A DNA stretch of 63,234 nt, counting the filler, from Polymyxa betae A26-41 (lineage: Eukaryota > Protista > Endomyxa: Phytomyxea): the NCBI GenBank assembly GCA_003693705.1. It is 7 parts of 7 records of this genome, joined end to end, with 100 filler letters (N's around TTAATTAATTAA, not from the genome) between each part and the next. Parts side by side here need not be neighbours in the genome. Positions count along the whole stretch, not along the records: positions 1 to 10,423 come from RBZT01000187.1; positions 10,524 to 18,333 come from RBZT01000736.1; 5 more parts are not named here. One strand, 5' to 3'. Both the position numbers and the translations under genes were made by a program. This document shows, in pieces, positions 1-11,640 of the stretch; within the stretch, counting starts at the first letter, position 1; every line of letters starts with the position of its first letter. The notes beneath the pieces were generated by a model. It was not told where the DNA came from. It worked only from the letters and a program-made list of their open reading frames with translations, and made no database searches.

Positions 1-489
1 TCATCACGGGCAGTACCGTGAGCTACAGCTGCATTGAGTATAACGAAACAGGTCGTGAAGCTGCTCTATATTCGTGGCGCTTCGGGCTTCTTTTGTTTAG
101 ATTTACGGCTTCTAAATCGACAGAAATCAGCAACCTTGACGGAAGCAAAACCGCATGAAGTCCGTGGCTCTTGGACGACCAGATTCAACCTCACATCCGA
201 CACTTCGAGCGTCGGAGAAGTTGTACCAGCGTTTAGGGTTTGAGCTGGACTGTAATCACTGATGGAGGCGACTTTCCATCATATCAGTCATTCCATACAG
301 CCGGAAGGCGCCTTTCGGACCGTGGATGGAAACGATTCACACAGAAGGTCCGTTTGACCAAAACGCCTTGAAGAACGCCGTGACGGCGAGACCCAAATGC
401 CGTGAGGAACGCCGGGTCGGCGATTTCCAATCCGTCCCTCGAGATCGAGACTCGTTCACGACGGTGCCCGATCTGGCGTCATTCCAATC

Positions 490-1826
490 ATGAGACTTTT
501 CTCTCAAATTTCGTCGGTCGTACTGGTCCTCGTCGCGCTCGCTTCCGTCACACAGGCCGCTCGGCGTCTGCCTTCGTGGTCCTCCACTGATGGTGTTACA
601 CTTCCCCGCAGAATCCTGGCGGGCGCCCCTGCGCCCATTGAGCGACGCGGATTGCTGTCACGGATCGGGACCGTTTTAGGTAAGGCCGCGCTACCATCGT
701 CGGGTCGTGCTGACCCATTCTTGTTCCCTATTTAGGATATGCTTCGATCGCGGTCGGCCTGACTCCCAGTATCCCACAGATGTTCGAGATTATCCGCCGC
801 AGATCCGGAGAGGCGATCTCTATGGACACCCTCGTTCTCAGGTATACAGAAATAATTTTTTTTATAAATTTTTGAAAGAAATCGTCCGTTTAATAACATT
901 ACCTTTTGTCTCATCGTAACATTACACCTTTTGACAACTACGACTTGTCTTCTCATTTCGTCCTTGTAACATTTCATCTTTTGCCAACTTATATTGTCTG
1001 TAACATTACCATCTTGGTCATCACCTCTTTGTAACATATTTTCTCACGAATGTCTTCTCTCTTTATCTGTAACATTACTTGACGGGACTTTTGTAGAGGG
1101 ACTGCAGATTTGGTGAGCTTAGCAGGGAGTATTCTATGTAAAGAGGAGCTCTATAACATTGGCCTCAACATCTGGTACATCATCGACACGTCCATCTTCA
1201 CCGCCGTCTCCGTCTATTTCACCGTCTTATATCACAAGAAAGCCCTCGATGCCTCATCCACCGCCGTCTCCAAGAAGACCTGGACTCTGGCGACCTTTAT
1301 GCTCGCCGTCCCTATGCTCATGTTCTTCTATGGAACCGTCTTCTCCGACCGCATCACCTCCAAACAAATGCAAAATTCTATCGGCATTTTCTGCCTCTGG
1401 GCTTCAAATCTGCTTTTCATCTCTGGACGATTTCCGCAGCTTTTAAAGATCTGGAAAAACCGAAGCGTTGAAGGTATCTCGATCTTCATGTATCTGCTGA
1501 CGATGGCCTCGAATCTCTTGGCCGGATCCGGCGTCTTGCTCCCGGATATTGAGAACCACGTTCCGATGCAGCAAATGCTCGGATCGGAGACGGCGATCTT
1601 CCTCGGCACGTACGGCGCCGTCCTCCTCGACTGCGTGTTCCTGTATATGTACTCGATCTTCCACAAGTCCGAGGAATACGCCGTACCCAAGGACGACCTG
1701 AATTCGTATGTCTTGATGGAAGACGAAGACGACCTTGTTGAGGAGGTCCCGGAACCGGAAGACGACGACATCTTTTGCGATGCGGAATCCGATCCGTTGC
1801 CATCGATTTTTGATGAGCAGGATTAA
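490..1826 (+). CDS. PQ-loop (YPQ/PQLC2-like) lysosomal/vacuolar amino-acid transporter, 3 exons (490-679, 736-841, 1097-1826), ~341 aa
   Basis: GT-AG splicing joins in frame. PQ motif 1 is LTPSIPQMFEIIRRRSGEAIS and PQ motif 2 is ISGRFPQLLKIWKNRSVEGIS. Several hydrophobic segments, a hydrophobic N-terminus and an acidic C-tail. Confidence 0.88.
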
Positions 1827-2399
1827 ATGTTATTCAATACATTCATTGGAGCTTTTAAATAGCCTTTTTCACCGTAAAACCAAGTCGGCTATATTTTTTA
1901 TAGTGATTTTACTAAAATCAATTGTATTTGTTGCAATTGTAGCAAACAGAACTGTTTGAAATTATGCGTGCCTTGATTGCTGATAGTCTTTGCAGTATAG
2001 GATCTAAGTTATGCATAATATTGCCGATTTCAAGAATTCTGTCCTCGCGCACTGTATAAAGCCCAATAATAAAAAACCCCGTGGCCGTTTTTATTCGTCA
2101 AAGCCCAGTTTTACCTGGCTCAATTGAGTCATTGCTGAAGTAGATTCACAGCAAATCTGGCCTTGGGACCCATTTTTAATCTTAAATAAGGGCTGTTTTG
2201 ATAAAATCCTGCAGTTTGGCCCCATTGGAATGGGACAAATATCCCGTTTTTGGTACGCGATCCCCAGGGTCGCCAGAATCAGGTTTCAGTAATCCAATAA
2301 AGCTGCGAATTTGACATGTTTGGAAAGGATCTTCGCTGGCGATATTTAGTTTTGCACTATGTGTAATCGACGTCGTTAGAAAACGTGTCGTTGATAACG

Positions 2400-2640
2400 G
2401 TATCCTCAAGCGATGCGTAAAACGGTGAATGGCGCTCTTCGAAAGGAACGGCGTCGTCATCCCCAATGCTCGACGACAGAAGTCTGCACGATGGCCACAA
2501 GAGGTCTATAATTTTGTTCAGCAGTTCGAGAGCGATCCTTGTTTCTATATTCAAGAATTACAGGAACAGCTATTCGAAAATTTTCCAGATGTGGGCTTCT
2601 CCAACCATTTGCAGAGCATTACGCGACGAGAACTAATGTG
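2400..2640 (+). mobile_element. Degraded Tc1/IS630-like transposase N-terminal (HTH) fragment
   Basis: ALFERNGVV...DPCFYIQELQEQL, then a frameshifted STICRAL, resembles Tc1/IS630 HTH regions. A related remnant (TFFERNRVIV) is on the minus strand near 9900-9965. Confidence 0.45.
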
Positions 2641-3238
2641 AATTACTTAATGCACAAGTAGAAGAAACACAGGGATGCAACCGGGTTTTAAAAAGGTGCG
2701 TGGCCGGATATAGATGTCACCACGATAGGACAAATTTTTTGAAATCGGCAATAAATGTTAAACAATTATTGAGACTGATTCATTTTCCTCAGCCTCTCAA
2801 TGGTTTTCCCAGCTGCATAGGCAACGCCTTCATAAAAGGTTGCCACGATTAGGCGAAATTCTGAAACCCTGAAGGCTGTTTTGTCTCAGGTCCCTCTGTC
2901 GCGGGGAAATGCCGCCGCCTTGATGATGGGATAAATCGTATAATCTAATCCAATATTCTTACGCTTCGCATCTGATGCAATGAGACTTGGAATGAAAACA
3001 GTCTTCGTGATGAATTCTGCCCAGATTGGCATCGTATGATTTGAAAACACAGAAGGCGCACAGAACAGAAAATGAGCCTTGTCAAGCTGAATGATGGTGA
3101 AGATTCTCACCGCGTCGCAGATGTCATTCTAACAATGAAATTCTCATAGATGATCAAGGCGATTGACAATTTGTGATTTCGGTAATAAGTAGCGGCTGTT
3201 TTCCCAATCGGGACAAGAAAATGAGTTCATCAAGTCCT

Positions 3239-3309
3239 GCGCTGTTGGTTAAGTGGTATAATAGCTCGTTGCCAACGAGTTGTCCCGAGTTCGATTCCTG
3301 GACGGCGCA
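3239..3309 (+). tRNA. tRNA-Gly(GCC)
   Basis: Cloverleaf: acceptor GCGCTGT/ACGGCGC, anticodon arm GCTCG-TTGCCAA-CGAGT, TTCGATT T-loop, downstream T-runs. One A:C mismatch in the T-stem. Confidence 0.9.
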
Positions 3310-3403
3310 TTTCCTTTTGCATTTTTGAGGGGTTCGTTTACAGAAAGTTTCAGGGCTTCTTTGTTTGAAATCATCTTGATATTTTTATTTCATGAATAAT
3401 GAG

Positions 3404-4360
3404 CAGGCCTCCGTAAATAAGGAAATCTATAAATAGAATCCGTATGTTCCGTATTTCTCATTTCGTAATATTTTTATTGAAAACTTTCTTTTGTTTTGAA
3501 AAAGGAAAATAATTATTTGCAAAAACTTCCGGCGCCAAGCTGGTGAATCGTAATTGCAGTTGTCATGAGAATTATCTAACCATGCCCTGTAGTGCGTTTC
3601 AAGCTTACAAGGGCGAAGGATCACACTTCAGCTGCAAAAAATCGGCGGTACAAGAACAAATTACTACTTTACAGCGATTCGCGTTTGTTGAACGCATTCC
3701 GGAAGAAGCCGCCCAAGACTCAAGTGAAGGCTTCGACGTTAAGAAGAGCAGGCAGGTCAGTCAGAGCGATTTGATTGGACTAATCAATGATCAAGGCGTC
3801 TTCACCATCCGGGCGCTGGATGGCCTCGACCCGGATGGCAGAGAGGAGGTGTTCCGGGCTGTTGGACAAATTATTCTCTCACAATTGTTGATGGTCTCAG
3901 ATCGGTCGACGCCTTACGCGATGATGTTAACAACACCACCAGCGACCAAGACTAGCCTTGTCGTTACGTTCTCATCAGCTGATTGTCATTGAATCCGCGC
4001 GATATCGCGCAGACGAAAGCTTTGAGCGGCCATTCAGGGAGGACCGAGTCAAGTTTGCGAGGTTTGGACGACTCCTGGCCTGAAGAGCAAATTTCCAGGG
4101 CTGACTTTTTCACAATACTACGACAGTATAAAGCGACTTTTCTGTCATTAAGTGGGAAATGACATCCATAGATGAGCAATGACGCCGTTTTCATTGGAGG
4201 GCGTTTTATATTGCCGATGTTTCGGTCATTGCTGAAGCAATTGCCTGGAAATAAAGCCTTTTCTAATAAAGATCCGTATGTTCCGTATTGGGATCTCAGC
4301 CGGTGCCGAATATTAGTAAAATACGGAATATAAGGAAAAATCCGTATTTAAGGAGGCCTG
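3404..4360 (+). mobile_element. Non-autonomous (internally deleted) hAT transposon
   Basis: TIRs are CAGGCCTCCGTAAATAAGGA and, as reverse complement, CAGGCCTCCTTAAATACGGA. 8-bp TSD ATAATGAG/ATCATGAG (7/8 match). Subterminal ATCCGTATGTTCCGTATT repeats. Internal remnant DFSVIKWE...FSLEGVLYC resembles a hAT C-terminus. Confidence 0.85.
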
Positions 4361-5294
4361 ATCATGAGGCATTCCCTGATTTATGAATTGATAGAGCCAG
4401 AGTGTTGAGAATAATGAATGAATTGAGGGAACAATGAATGAATCATGAGAAGCGAATTTTTCCTGCTCTGTTCTTTTTCCAATTGATTATCGGATCTGAC
4501 AATTTTCTGATCAACCGTAACGCTTACATCACTATGAGTTTTTAGAGAGGATTTTGATATTTGGAACCCAAATCGGGTTGCACTGAAGTGATCCGGAAAG
4601 TTGAGAAACCGAAACTTGCCCGTTTCGCCCGATCAGATCCCAGCAACGAGCGATAATTTAAGATCAAAACCTGGACGATTGCCTTGATGGTAATTTGCTT
4701 GCGATAGGAAGAGTGATTAGACCTCGGAAAAAATGAACAGAATTGGGTACAGATTTTGGAAAAAAATATTGGAGAATGGGGTAGTCGAAACCCCGACCTC
4801 GTCGTTGCTAACGACGCGTGATGACCAACTACACCAATTCCCCGTGACACTATTTTACTTCGAAAATGCGGATTGTGGACAGCTCAGACCTGTGCTTTCC
4901 CTTTCCTCAGACTTGCTAAAAGGCTCTTCATGCTTCACACATTTCCAATTTCATTTCCGTGATTCCAAACTCACTTTCTCACTCTATCGCAATTTAGGAC
5001 CCCTCCATCTTGCGATTACAGATCCTACTGGGCTCTATTGGACACGTTTCAAAATTATGTTACGATTGCAACACGTATTAGGCAACGATCCCGAACCTAA
5101 GGAGTCAACAATGCAGACGAGCATTTTGAGGCAATCAACAGAGCAGTGATTCGGCCGCAATACGACCGGTTTCGTTTTAAATCGACAACGTGGTGATCAC
5201 CATTCTAGCGGACGTCGTTTGTCGATCGCCGCCTTAGCCCATTATTTGCTCTAATAAGAAAAACGTATGGCTTGGCCTTCAGAATTGTATTGTC

Positions 5295-5565
5295 AAATTC
5301 GGAACTTGACGGCTTCTTATCAACTCTGGCTCAGGCTATGCTCTTTTCAGTTGGAATCAGCTCCTGATTTTGGCTTGGCTGTACTTCTCTCCCGAATGTT
5401 TCTCAGTCTGCGCAGCGAAACTTCAAGCAGCTATATATGGATAGTGGTGGGATTCTAATCTGTCAGACGGGAGTAAAATTCGAAAGATTTTCAAGAATTA
5501 AATTGTATTTTGTAAAATGTTATCGATGACAATGCTTCCGGTGATTAAATGAGTCAAAGCTATTA
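5295..5565. repeat. Dispersed repeat, copy 1 (upstream of tRNA-Asp)
   Basis: Shares CTTTTCAGTTG..TGGCTGTACTTCTC..CGAAACTTC..TAATCT with 8716-8900. Matches 10220-10423 as reverse complement. Confidence 0.75.
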
Positions 5566-5624
5566 TTGCATTCATGTGCCGCTATCCTCAGCATCGTGCG
5601 CGCTCATCACGTTTTCAGCGATCT

Positions 5625-5697
5625 TCCGAAATAGTATAGTGGTTTAGTATTCGCCCCTGTCACGGGTGAGACCGGGGTTCAATTCCCCGTTTCGGAG
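5625..5697 (+). tRNA. tRNA-Asp(GTC)
   Basis: Acceptor TCCGAAA/TTTCGGA, anticodon loop CTGTCAC, T-arm CGGGG-TTCAATT-CCCCG, oligo-T terminator. Confidence 0.95.
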
Positions 5698-7310
5698 CTT
5701 GTTTTTGCTTCCCATTTTTGCAAGATTTCGCCATCAACATCAGCACGGGGCCAGCGCGACTGTAACGCCCCCGAGGCCGATTTCAAATGGCTTCAAACCG
5801 GCTCTGTGCGCTTTCACCGACCAGATCCGGGTCGGGCCGACCCAGCCTGCTGCGGAGCGGTTGGAGGCTGCGCTCCTGGTTCCGGCTGTTGTTAAACGGC
5901 TGGATAGCGGCGGTCGATGACAGGAAGCGGTCGCCATGCAAAGATTGCGATTGGCGTGGCATTCACGTCATCATCGTTTCTAGCTTGACGGAATCTGATC
6001 GTATTAGGTCTGCTCACATAATTCAAAAAGTTCAAAATGTATTTTCGTATAGGTTTGCATACTAAGCCTGCTGTATGGCTCAAGCATGCAAGATCGAAAT
6101 TTACTGATGTAGAAGTCAAGAATTTATTCAGGCTTTTGGTGAAGAATTAACGAGACTCATTAGATTGACTGATTGACTTGGCGAGGACAGAGAGCTTAGA
6201 TGTCAATGAATTGGGGAGCACCAGAAGATAATGATCAGGAGTCGCTGAAGCTGCACTTCTGATAGACGACCTTTATTTTGGGGAAAATATGATTTTATCA
6301 ACGTCGAATAAATTCAGGCAATAAACACGATTTTCCATGCAATTTCCTACATCTTCAATGCTTTTCTTCACCCTCAGACGCTATACAAAAACCTCAGGCT
6401 GTCTCCATGAGCCGCGCGAAAATGAAGAATTTCGGATTTGGTTTTTCCTTACAACAAAGGCTACTTACTGTCTTGAATGAATATCAACTGGATTGAATTT
6501 CTTAAAGCTAAACCTTGATGCCGGCGTTAGCAGTGTACATTTCTTCGAAACAATCGCCTATCATGTCCTACGAGTTCATTACGTTATCCGCAGACCACGA
6601 CTTTTCAGAATTTTGTGATCGACGATCGATTCCATTCCTCCTAATTGTCGACCCACGACCCCGCCCTTCAAATCATTCTAATGCGAACAATTCCTCTTTC
6701 AAAAATCAGTTCTCGAAACCATCCCATAAAACATGCACCCTCGTTTTAGACACGAAACTTGATTGCTATCGGTGGATTTTTCGCGATACCTGATTGGAAG
6801 TTCTTTTTCAGTGTGAGCTAACGGAACCTGGAAACTGTCTAGATCGATGCTGTGGACAACGAAGATGATGCTGCAAAGACTGAGGAGATTGTATTCGCGA
6901 TTGGGAACATTCAGCACGGTTTCACAGCAGAATGGTGTCAAATTTTGGCAGAAATTTCATAAGTTCTTTTCCTGATGTCTCTATCTAAAGCGGTAAATTA
7001 GCAGGTGGCTTAACCGATATCGGTGTCGGGTCGATTATCAGATCTGGCTGCTCTATTGCCGATTTTCAGGTGTCCTATTTCAAGAGAGGTTCAACAAGAG
7101 GTCCTTTATACCATGAACATTCGGGCAAAGTTCTCATAGTGAGTGAATACCAAATCAAAGAGTTCCTAGGTCAAAACAATCGATATTCTTCTGTCACAAA
7201 CAGAAACGATATTTTATGTGTCTATCACAAGAAGCGAAAACACAAGATGGCACTAATTTTCAATCCAAAACAACATATTGTTTTATAAAGCTGCAATGAA
7301 TATGAGAACT

Positions 7311-7888
7311 TTATTGCCAGGCAGGCAAAAGACCGTTCTCGATGTCTGGAATGTTTTCAAAACCGGCCTCGAGGTCAGAGTTCGCGAGATCAGCGTCGGA
7401 TTGCTGTTGATTGTCAGCGTCGGATTGCTGTTGATTGTCAGCGTCGGATTGCTGTTGATTGTCAGCGTCGGATTGCTGTTGATTGTCAGCGCCTTCCATA
7501 GCAAACAAACTTCGTGTTAAATGATGATCCGGAAAAAAAATGTCCGAACACATTGATGACGGGCAGGTCGGACCTCCGGTGCGGACCTTAGAAAGTTCTG
7601 TATGATAGGCATCAAGCCTTCCAGAATCTCGGCCGTCGGCAGCACGTCATCCATGACGGGATCGTCCAGTATCTGCGGATTCGTAATCACATTCTGAAAA
7701 TCCGGATCTTGTATCAGTTCGTGTCCGTCATTGGAGAGCGCAACTTTGCGAAATAAAATCAGATCGGAGTCGCGCTCGAATGTAATGTTACCATAAGAGC
7801 CTTGGACGTTCGCGTTCGATGATGCCGACAGACGACCACTACAGAGTCCGGAAAGGACGCCCAGGACCAGTACGACTCTGACGAACAT
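7311..7888 (-). CDS. Small secreted protein with ADNQQQSD repeats, 2 exons (7888-7552, 7492-7311), ~172 aa
   Basis: Signal-peptide-like MFVRVVLVLGVLSGLCSG. A 59-bp GT-AG intron (7493-7551) joins two ORFs in frame. Confidence 0.7.
7391..7491. repeat. 24-bp perfect tandem repeat, 4 copies plus a partial (coding)
   Basis: Unit CAGCGTCGGATTGCTGTTGATTGT. Confidence 0.95.
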
Positions 7889-8715
7889 TGTCGATATAAT
7901 AAATAACTGGCGAAATTGAGAATGGCGTCTTCTGATTCGGGTTGGGGAGATCCGTGAATCGAACGGGTCGAACCCGGGTCGGGTCAACTCGTTGACACTT
8001 CCGATGAAAGAATTAATCGCGGCTTCGCGGGCTCTCTCTCTTCAAGCCGTAAAATCATCACTTCTGTGGCGCAAGTTTCGTCCAAACTGACGCCGCTTAT
8101 AATTGAGGCATTGTTTTTTAGGAATTCATTCTTTAGAGCCTGTTCCAAGTAGAATTAATAAACACATACTCAGCAAAAATAACTCCTTTCGTGCCCAAGA
8201 ATAATTCCTGACCTGATGGATTTACTGTGTTCACAGGTGGTGAAATTGAAGGATTTCAATAAGCCAGTTCGAATCGATATCTGAGAACAAATCTGGCTGT
8301 GGATGACTCATCTCTTCCCAATGAGGGTCACCTTGAGAGTGGCCATCCAAATATAGCGGAATATTAGGTATGGCTACTTCATTTTGCAGTAGAAAAGTAT
8401 ACATATATGCATCAGACATCTTTATATAATAAACTTCTTCAATTGTTGTTAAATTTTTCGGGTTGGATCGAGTCGGATGGCTTCATGGCGGCTTCGGGAA
8501 GCTCTCAGCGATCTAGCTCGAATCTCCTACAATCTTCTCAATGCTTTGTGATAAAATCCCGCCATCTAGATGAATTTTTCGACTCAAATTTGTGAGGTTC
8601 TGATTGATCTCCACTGCCGCGATCAATATATATTGGTGGCCGTCTTTTCGCCTACTGGTCTCTCATGCTGAGAATGCTTTTGTCATGTCCTGCGACAGAT
8701 GATGTTTCCTTATTA

Positions 8716-8900
8716 CGAATTTGACGACGACGAGTTTTCATTCAACTGCGGCTTGATCTTGGCTTTTCAGTTGCAATCGGCGCTTGATCCTTCTTTGGCC
8801 TGGCTGTACTTCTCACACGATTGCTCGCAATCCCTTAAACCGAAACTTCTCGTAGAATTGAATTGAAATTATTTGGGACCCTTAATCTCTTGCAATGGAG
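8716..8900. repeat. Dispersed repeat, copy 2 (upstream of tRNA-Val)
   Basis: Collinear similarity to 5295-5475. Confidence 0.7.
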
Positions 8901-9083
8901 AGAGCTTTGATCGTAATTGGTACTTCTAAGTAAGCGGCATACGACAAAGAAGGAGGCTGTGCGCGATTGCAGAACGCACTCGCTTCTAAACAACCTGTCG
9001 TACTCGTAACAGGGACATTCTAAGAATCAATGCTAGTTTGAAAGCGCTAGCAGTAGCCCATCGGCTAAACGGATGAGAATATA

Positions 9084-9157
9084 GTCCGGATGGTGTAGTT
9101 GGTTATCACACCTGTCTAACACACAGGAGGTCTCCAGTTCGAGTCTGGGTCGGGACA
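9084..9157 (+). tRNA. tRNA-Val(AAC)
   Basis: Anticodon arm CCTGT-CTAACAC-ACAGG, TTCGAGT T-loop, T-rich terminator. G5:G68 mismatch in the acceptor stem. Confidence 0.92.
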
Positions 9158-10219
9158 TTTGTTTTTCATCTTTTTTTTCACATTTCTGCTTCTGATTGCA
9201 TCTCGCGTTAACAGTCGCGAGAGCCATTCTGTCAACTTCTGGTCTATGAACTCTGCTTTCACAGCTCAATCTCCTCGATGAGGTCTGTTTTGATTGGTTA
9301 TGCAATCAATCGAGCTACTTGGCGCTCAATTCCAAATGTACTATCACTCGAGTCGGATTTGGACTCATTCTTGAATCCAACAATGAGCGAGCCCCAAGCA
9401 GCTATGCCTCCTTTGTTTAAAATATCATTTTCCATCGAAACTTTCCGTCCTTTTGATCACACTTTTTCACCTAATCATAAGTCTTTTTATACTGACAAGA
9501 AAAGGCAACGAACAAGGGATTCTGCAGCTGCGGTTTCGACGATTAACATGGTTGTCTTGCTGCTTCTACAGTGCCCCTCGACGTTTTGTGGCAGTCGTTT
9601 TGCTGAGTCTCGTCCATTTTAAACTCGGAGTGGCGGCTTTAGTTGATGATGGCCTGTGTTGCTGCCATCTTGGATGCCTAGATCGGCGCTCCAGTATTCA
9701 TTCTGTTCTAACAGAATAACTTCCAAATTACATTATTATTGATACTCGAAATGGATATGAAATGAGAGAATTGACAGAGTTCATCGAGCAGGGAATTCGG
9801 CAACTGTTGTCTCTACCTGAACATGGGTGTCTGGTCGCTTCTAATAAAACGTTGCATACTCAGAGGCAGCTGTTTAGAAGCAATCAGGTCGTTGAAATAG
9901 TTACGACGGCTTCTTTCGGTGACGATTACGCGATTCCTCTCAAAAAAGGTCATCGCAGACAGCTCCCAATGTTGGTCTAATGTACGATCATGTCCTGCAA
10001 TTACCTTAATAAAGGTTATGGGCGCGCCTGGGCCACGCTCACCCAACCTTTAATGTCGTCTGCAGTATGTTGAGGGCGCCCTATATTCGAAAGCATATGC
10101 TTCCGCAGACGAAAACTTTACATCAGTCTTGACCATGATGAAAGCCAGGACCCGTGAAGGACCATCTCCACGACCAAGTTGTTAGCATATGAGCGCTGTT
10201 AGATCAATCTCGAGATATC

Positions 10220-10423
10220 AATAGCGTTGACTCAAGCTAATTCAACCGGAAGCATTGTCTTCCGCTTGCATGCTATCAAATAAAACACTTCTTCAAACAC
10301 ATTCCAGTTCAAAACCCTCTCCCGTCTAACAGATTAAGAGTCCCACTTGCCTCTATATATAGCTGCGTGGAGTTTCGCTGCAAAGACAAGCGAACATTCG
10401 GGAGAGAGGTACAACCCTGTCAG
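10220..10423. repeat. Dispersed repeat, copy 3 (inverted, cut off by the assembly gap)
   Basis: Reverse complement reads GCAGCGAAACT..GCAGCTATATAT..TAATCTGTTAGACGGGAG..GACAATGCTTCCGGT..GAGTCAACGCTATT, matching 5412-5565. Confidence 0.8.
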
Positions 10424-10523
10424 NNNNNNNNNNNNNNNNNNNNNNNNNNNNNNNNNNNNNNNNNNNNTTAATTAATTAANNNNNNNNNNNNNNNNNNNNN
10501 NNNNNNNNNNNNNNNNNNNNNNN
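10424..10523. other. Artificial contig linker (N44-TTAATTAATTAA-N44); also at 18334-18433, 25684-25783, 36001-36100, 48809-48908, 59496-59595
   Basis: Identical 100-nt spacers containing stop codons in all six frames. Confidence 0.98.
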
Positions 10524-11318
10524 TTATTAAAAATTACATAAAACTTCTGATTTTCCCAAAAATAGCGTACGCAGTTTGATGGAACTGCGTCCGCAATAAG
10601 ACTCGAAGACTGACGCATAAATCTGATGCGTACTAAAGATGCGAACATTGATGAAGTATGAAGACCTACTCTAATAATATTGGGCTCGACTCCCAGAGGT
10701 CCGTACGGACACCGTACGGACTGAGCTGAATGAAGCTGGGACTCGAGCTGGAAATAAAACAGAATTGATTACGATCTGACCGAAGTGCTGCCCGATTTTG
10801 TAGTAACCTGAAATCGCGATCTGAAGAATCCGCTCTAGCTGAATCGAACCGGCTGGGCGCCGGACTAACTAACAAGGATCCACGGCCGCTCTCAAACTGC
10901 CAGCAGAAGGGATATGTTGTGTTCGCAAGAGCGCTGCAGACGTCGATGCGACCAGATAAAACGGCAACCTTCCCGCGCGGCATCTTAGCTGAATGTGGTC
11001 GATTGAATCGAATCGGGGTGAAGTCATCTCTGTCGACTGCAATCACAGAGCGATATTTACTGGTGGTCTCGGGGATGGATCTCTGTTCTACGAGCAGCAT
11101 GTTGAGACTGTTGATATTCAAGTTGATCGATGATACTCTTCCAAGGCGCAACTACTGAATTCAAAAATCATACGTTTCGTTTTTGAGTAATCTCTTTTTA
11201 GCTGTGTATTTATGAAGTATGGATTCACTATAAAGAACAGTGCGACTCATCTTAATTCTACATTGTTTCAATTCGATTTCAAATAAAGTGCGTTCGCACT
11301 TTTAGAAATTTGACATTT

Positions 11319-11640
11319 TTACCGGACAATATACGTTGATTTCACAAAAATATTTTTTATTACAATTATCAAATTTGCGAAGAATAAGATCTCATTCAAA
11401 ATTCGCACTGGAATTCGGCGATGACTCCGATACTTCTTAACGGCTTTCTCCACTTGATCTGGAGTTAACTTATTCCCTCCTGCATCGCAGACGCGATATG
11501 CGTCCATGTAGCGATAACACTTCCGAGCAAATTTGGATTTCCTGTACAGGAACACTTTTCAACGCCACGGGAACGACCTTTTGCAGATCCTGGAAAGAGT
11601 AAGTATGTGCAGTTTTTTCTTGTGAAAGCCTGCAAGCTTC
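11319..11640 (-). mobile_element. Tc1/IS630-like transposase C-terminal remnant (frameshifted)
   Basis: TRKNCTY/SFQDLQKVVPVALKSVPVQEI/KFARKCYRYMDAY...AVKKYRSHRRI matches the C-terminus of fungal/protist Tc1-like transposases. Confidence 0.7.

Noticed and set aside
7278-7520. SVGLLLIV and INSNPTLT repeat ORFs
   Set aside because: Alternative frames of the 24-bp repeat. Only the ADNQQQSD frame splices to the signal-peptide exon.
10014-10023. GGTTATGGGC resembling a Copia PBS
   Set aside because: Truncated match, with no CA-ending LTR or gag next to it.
10424-10523. Recurrent palindromic TTAATTAATTAA inside N runs (six times)
   Set aside because: Assembly spacer with six-frame stops, not biological. 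It also invalidates gene-neighbourhood inferences across it.
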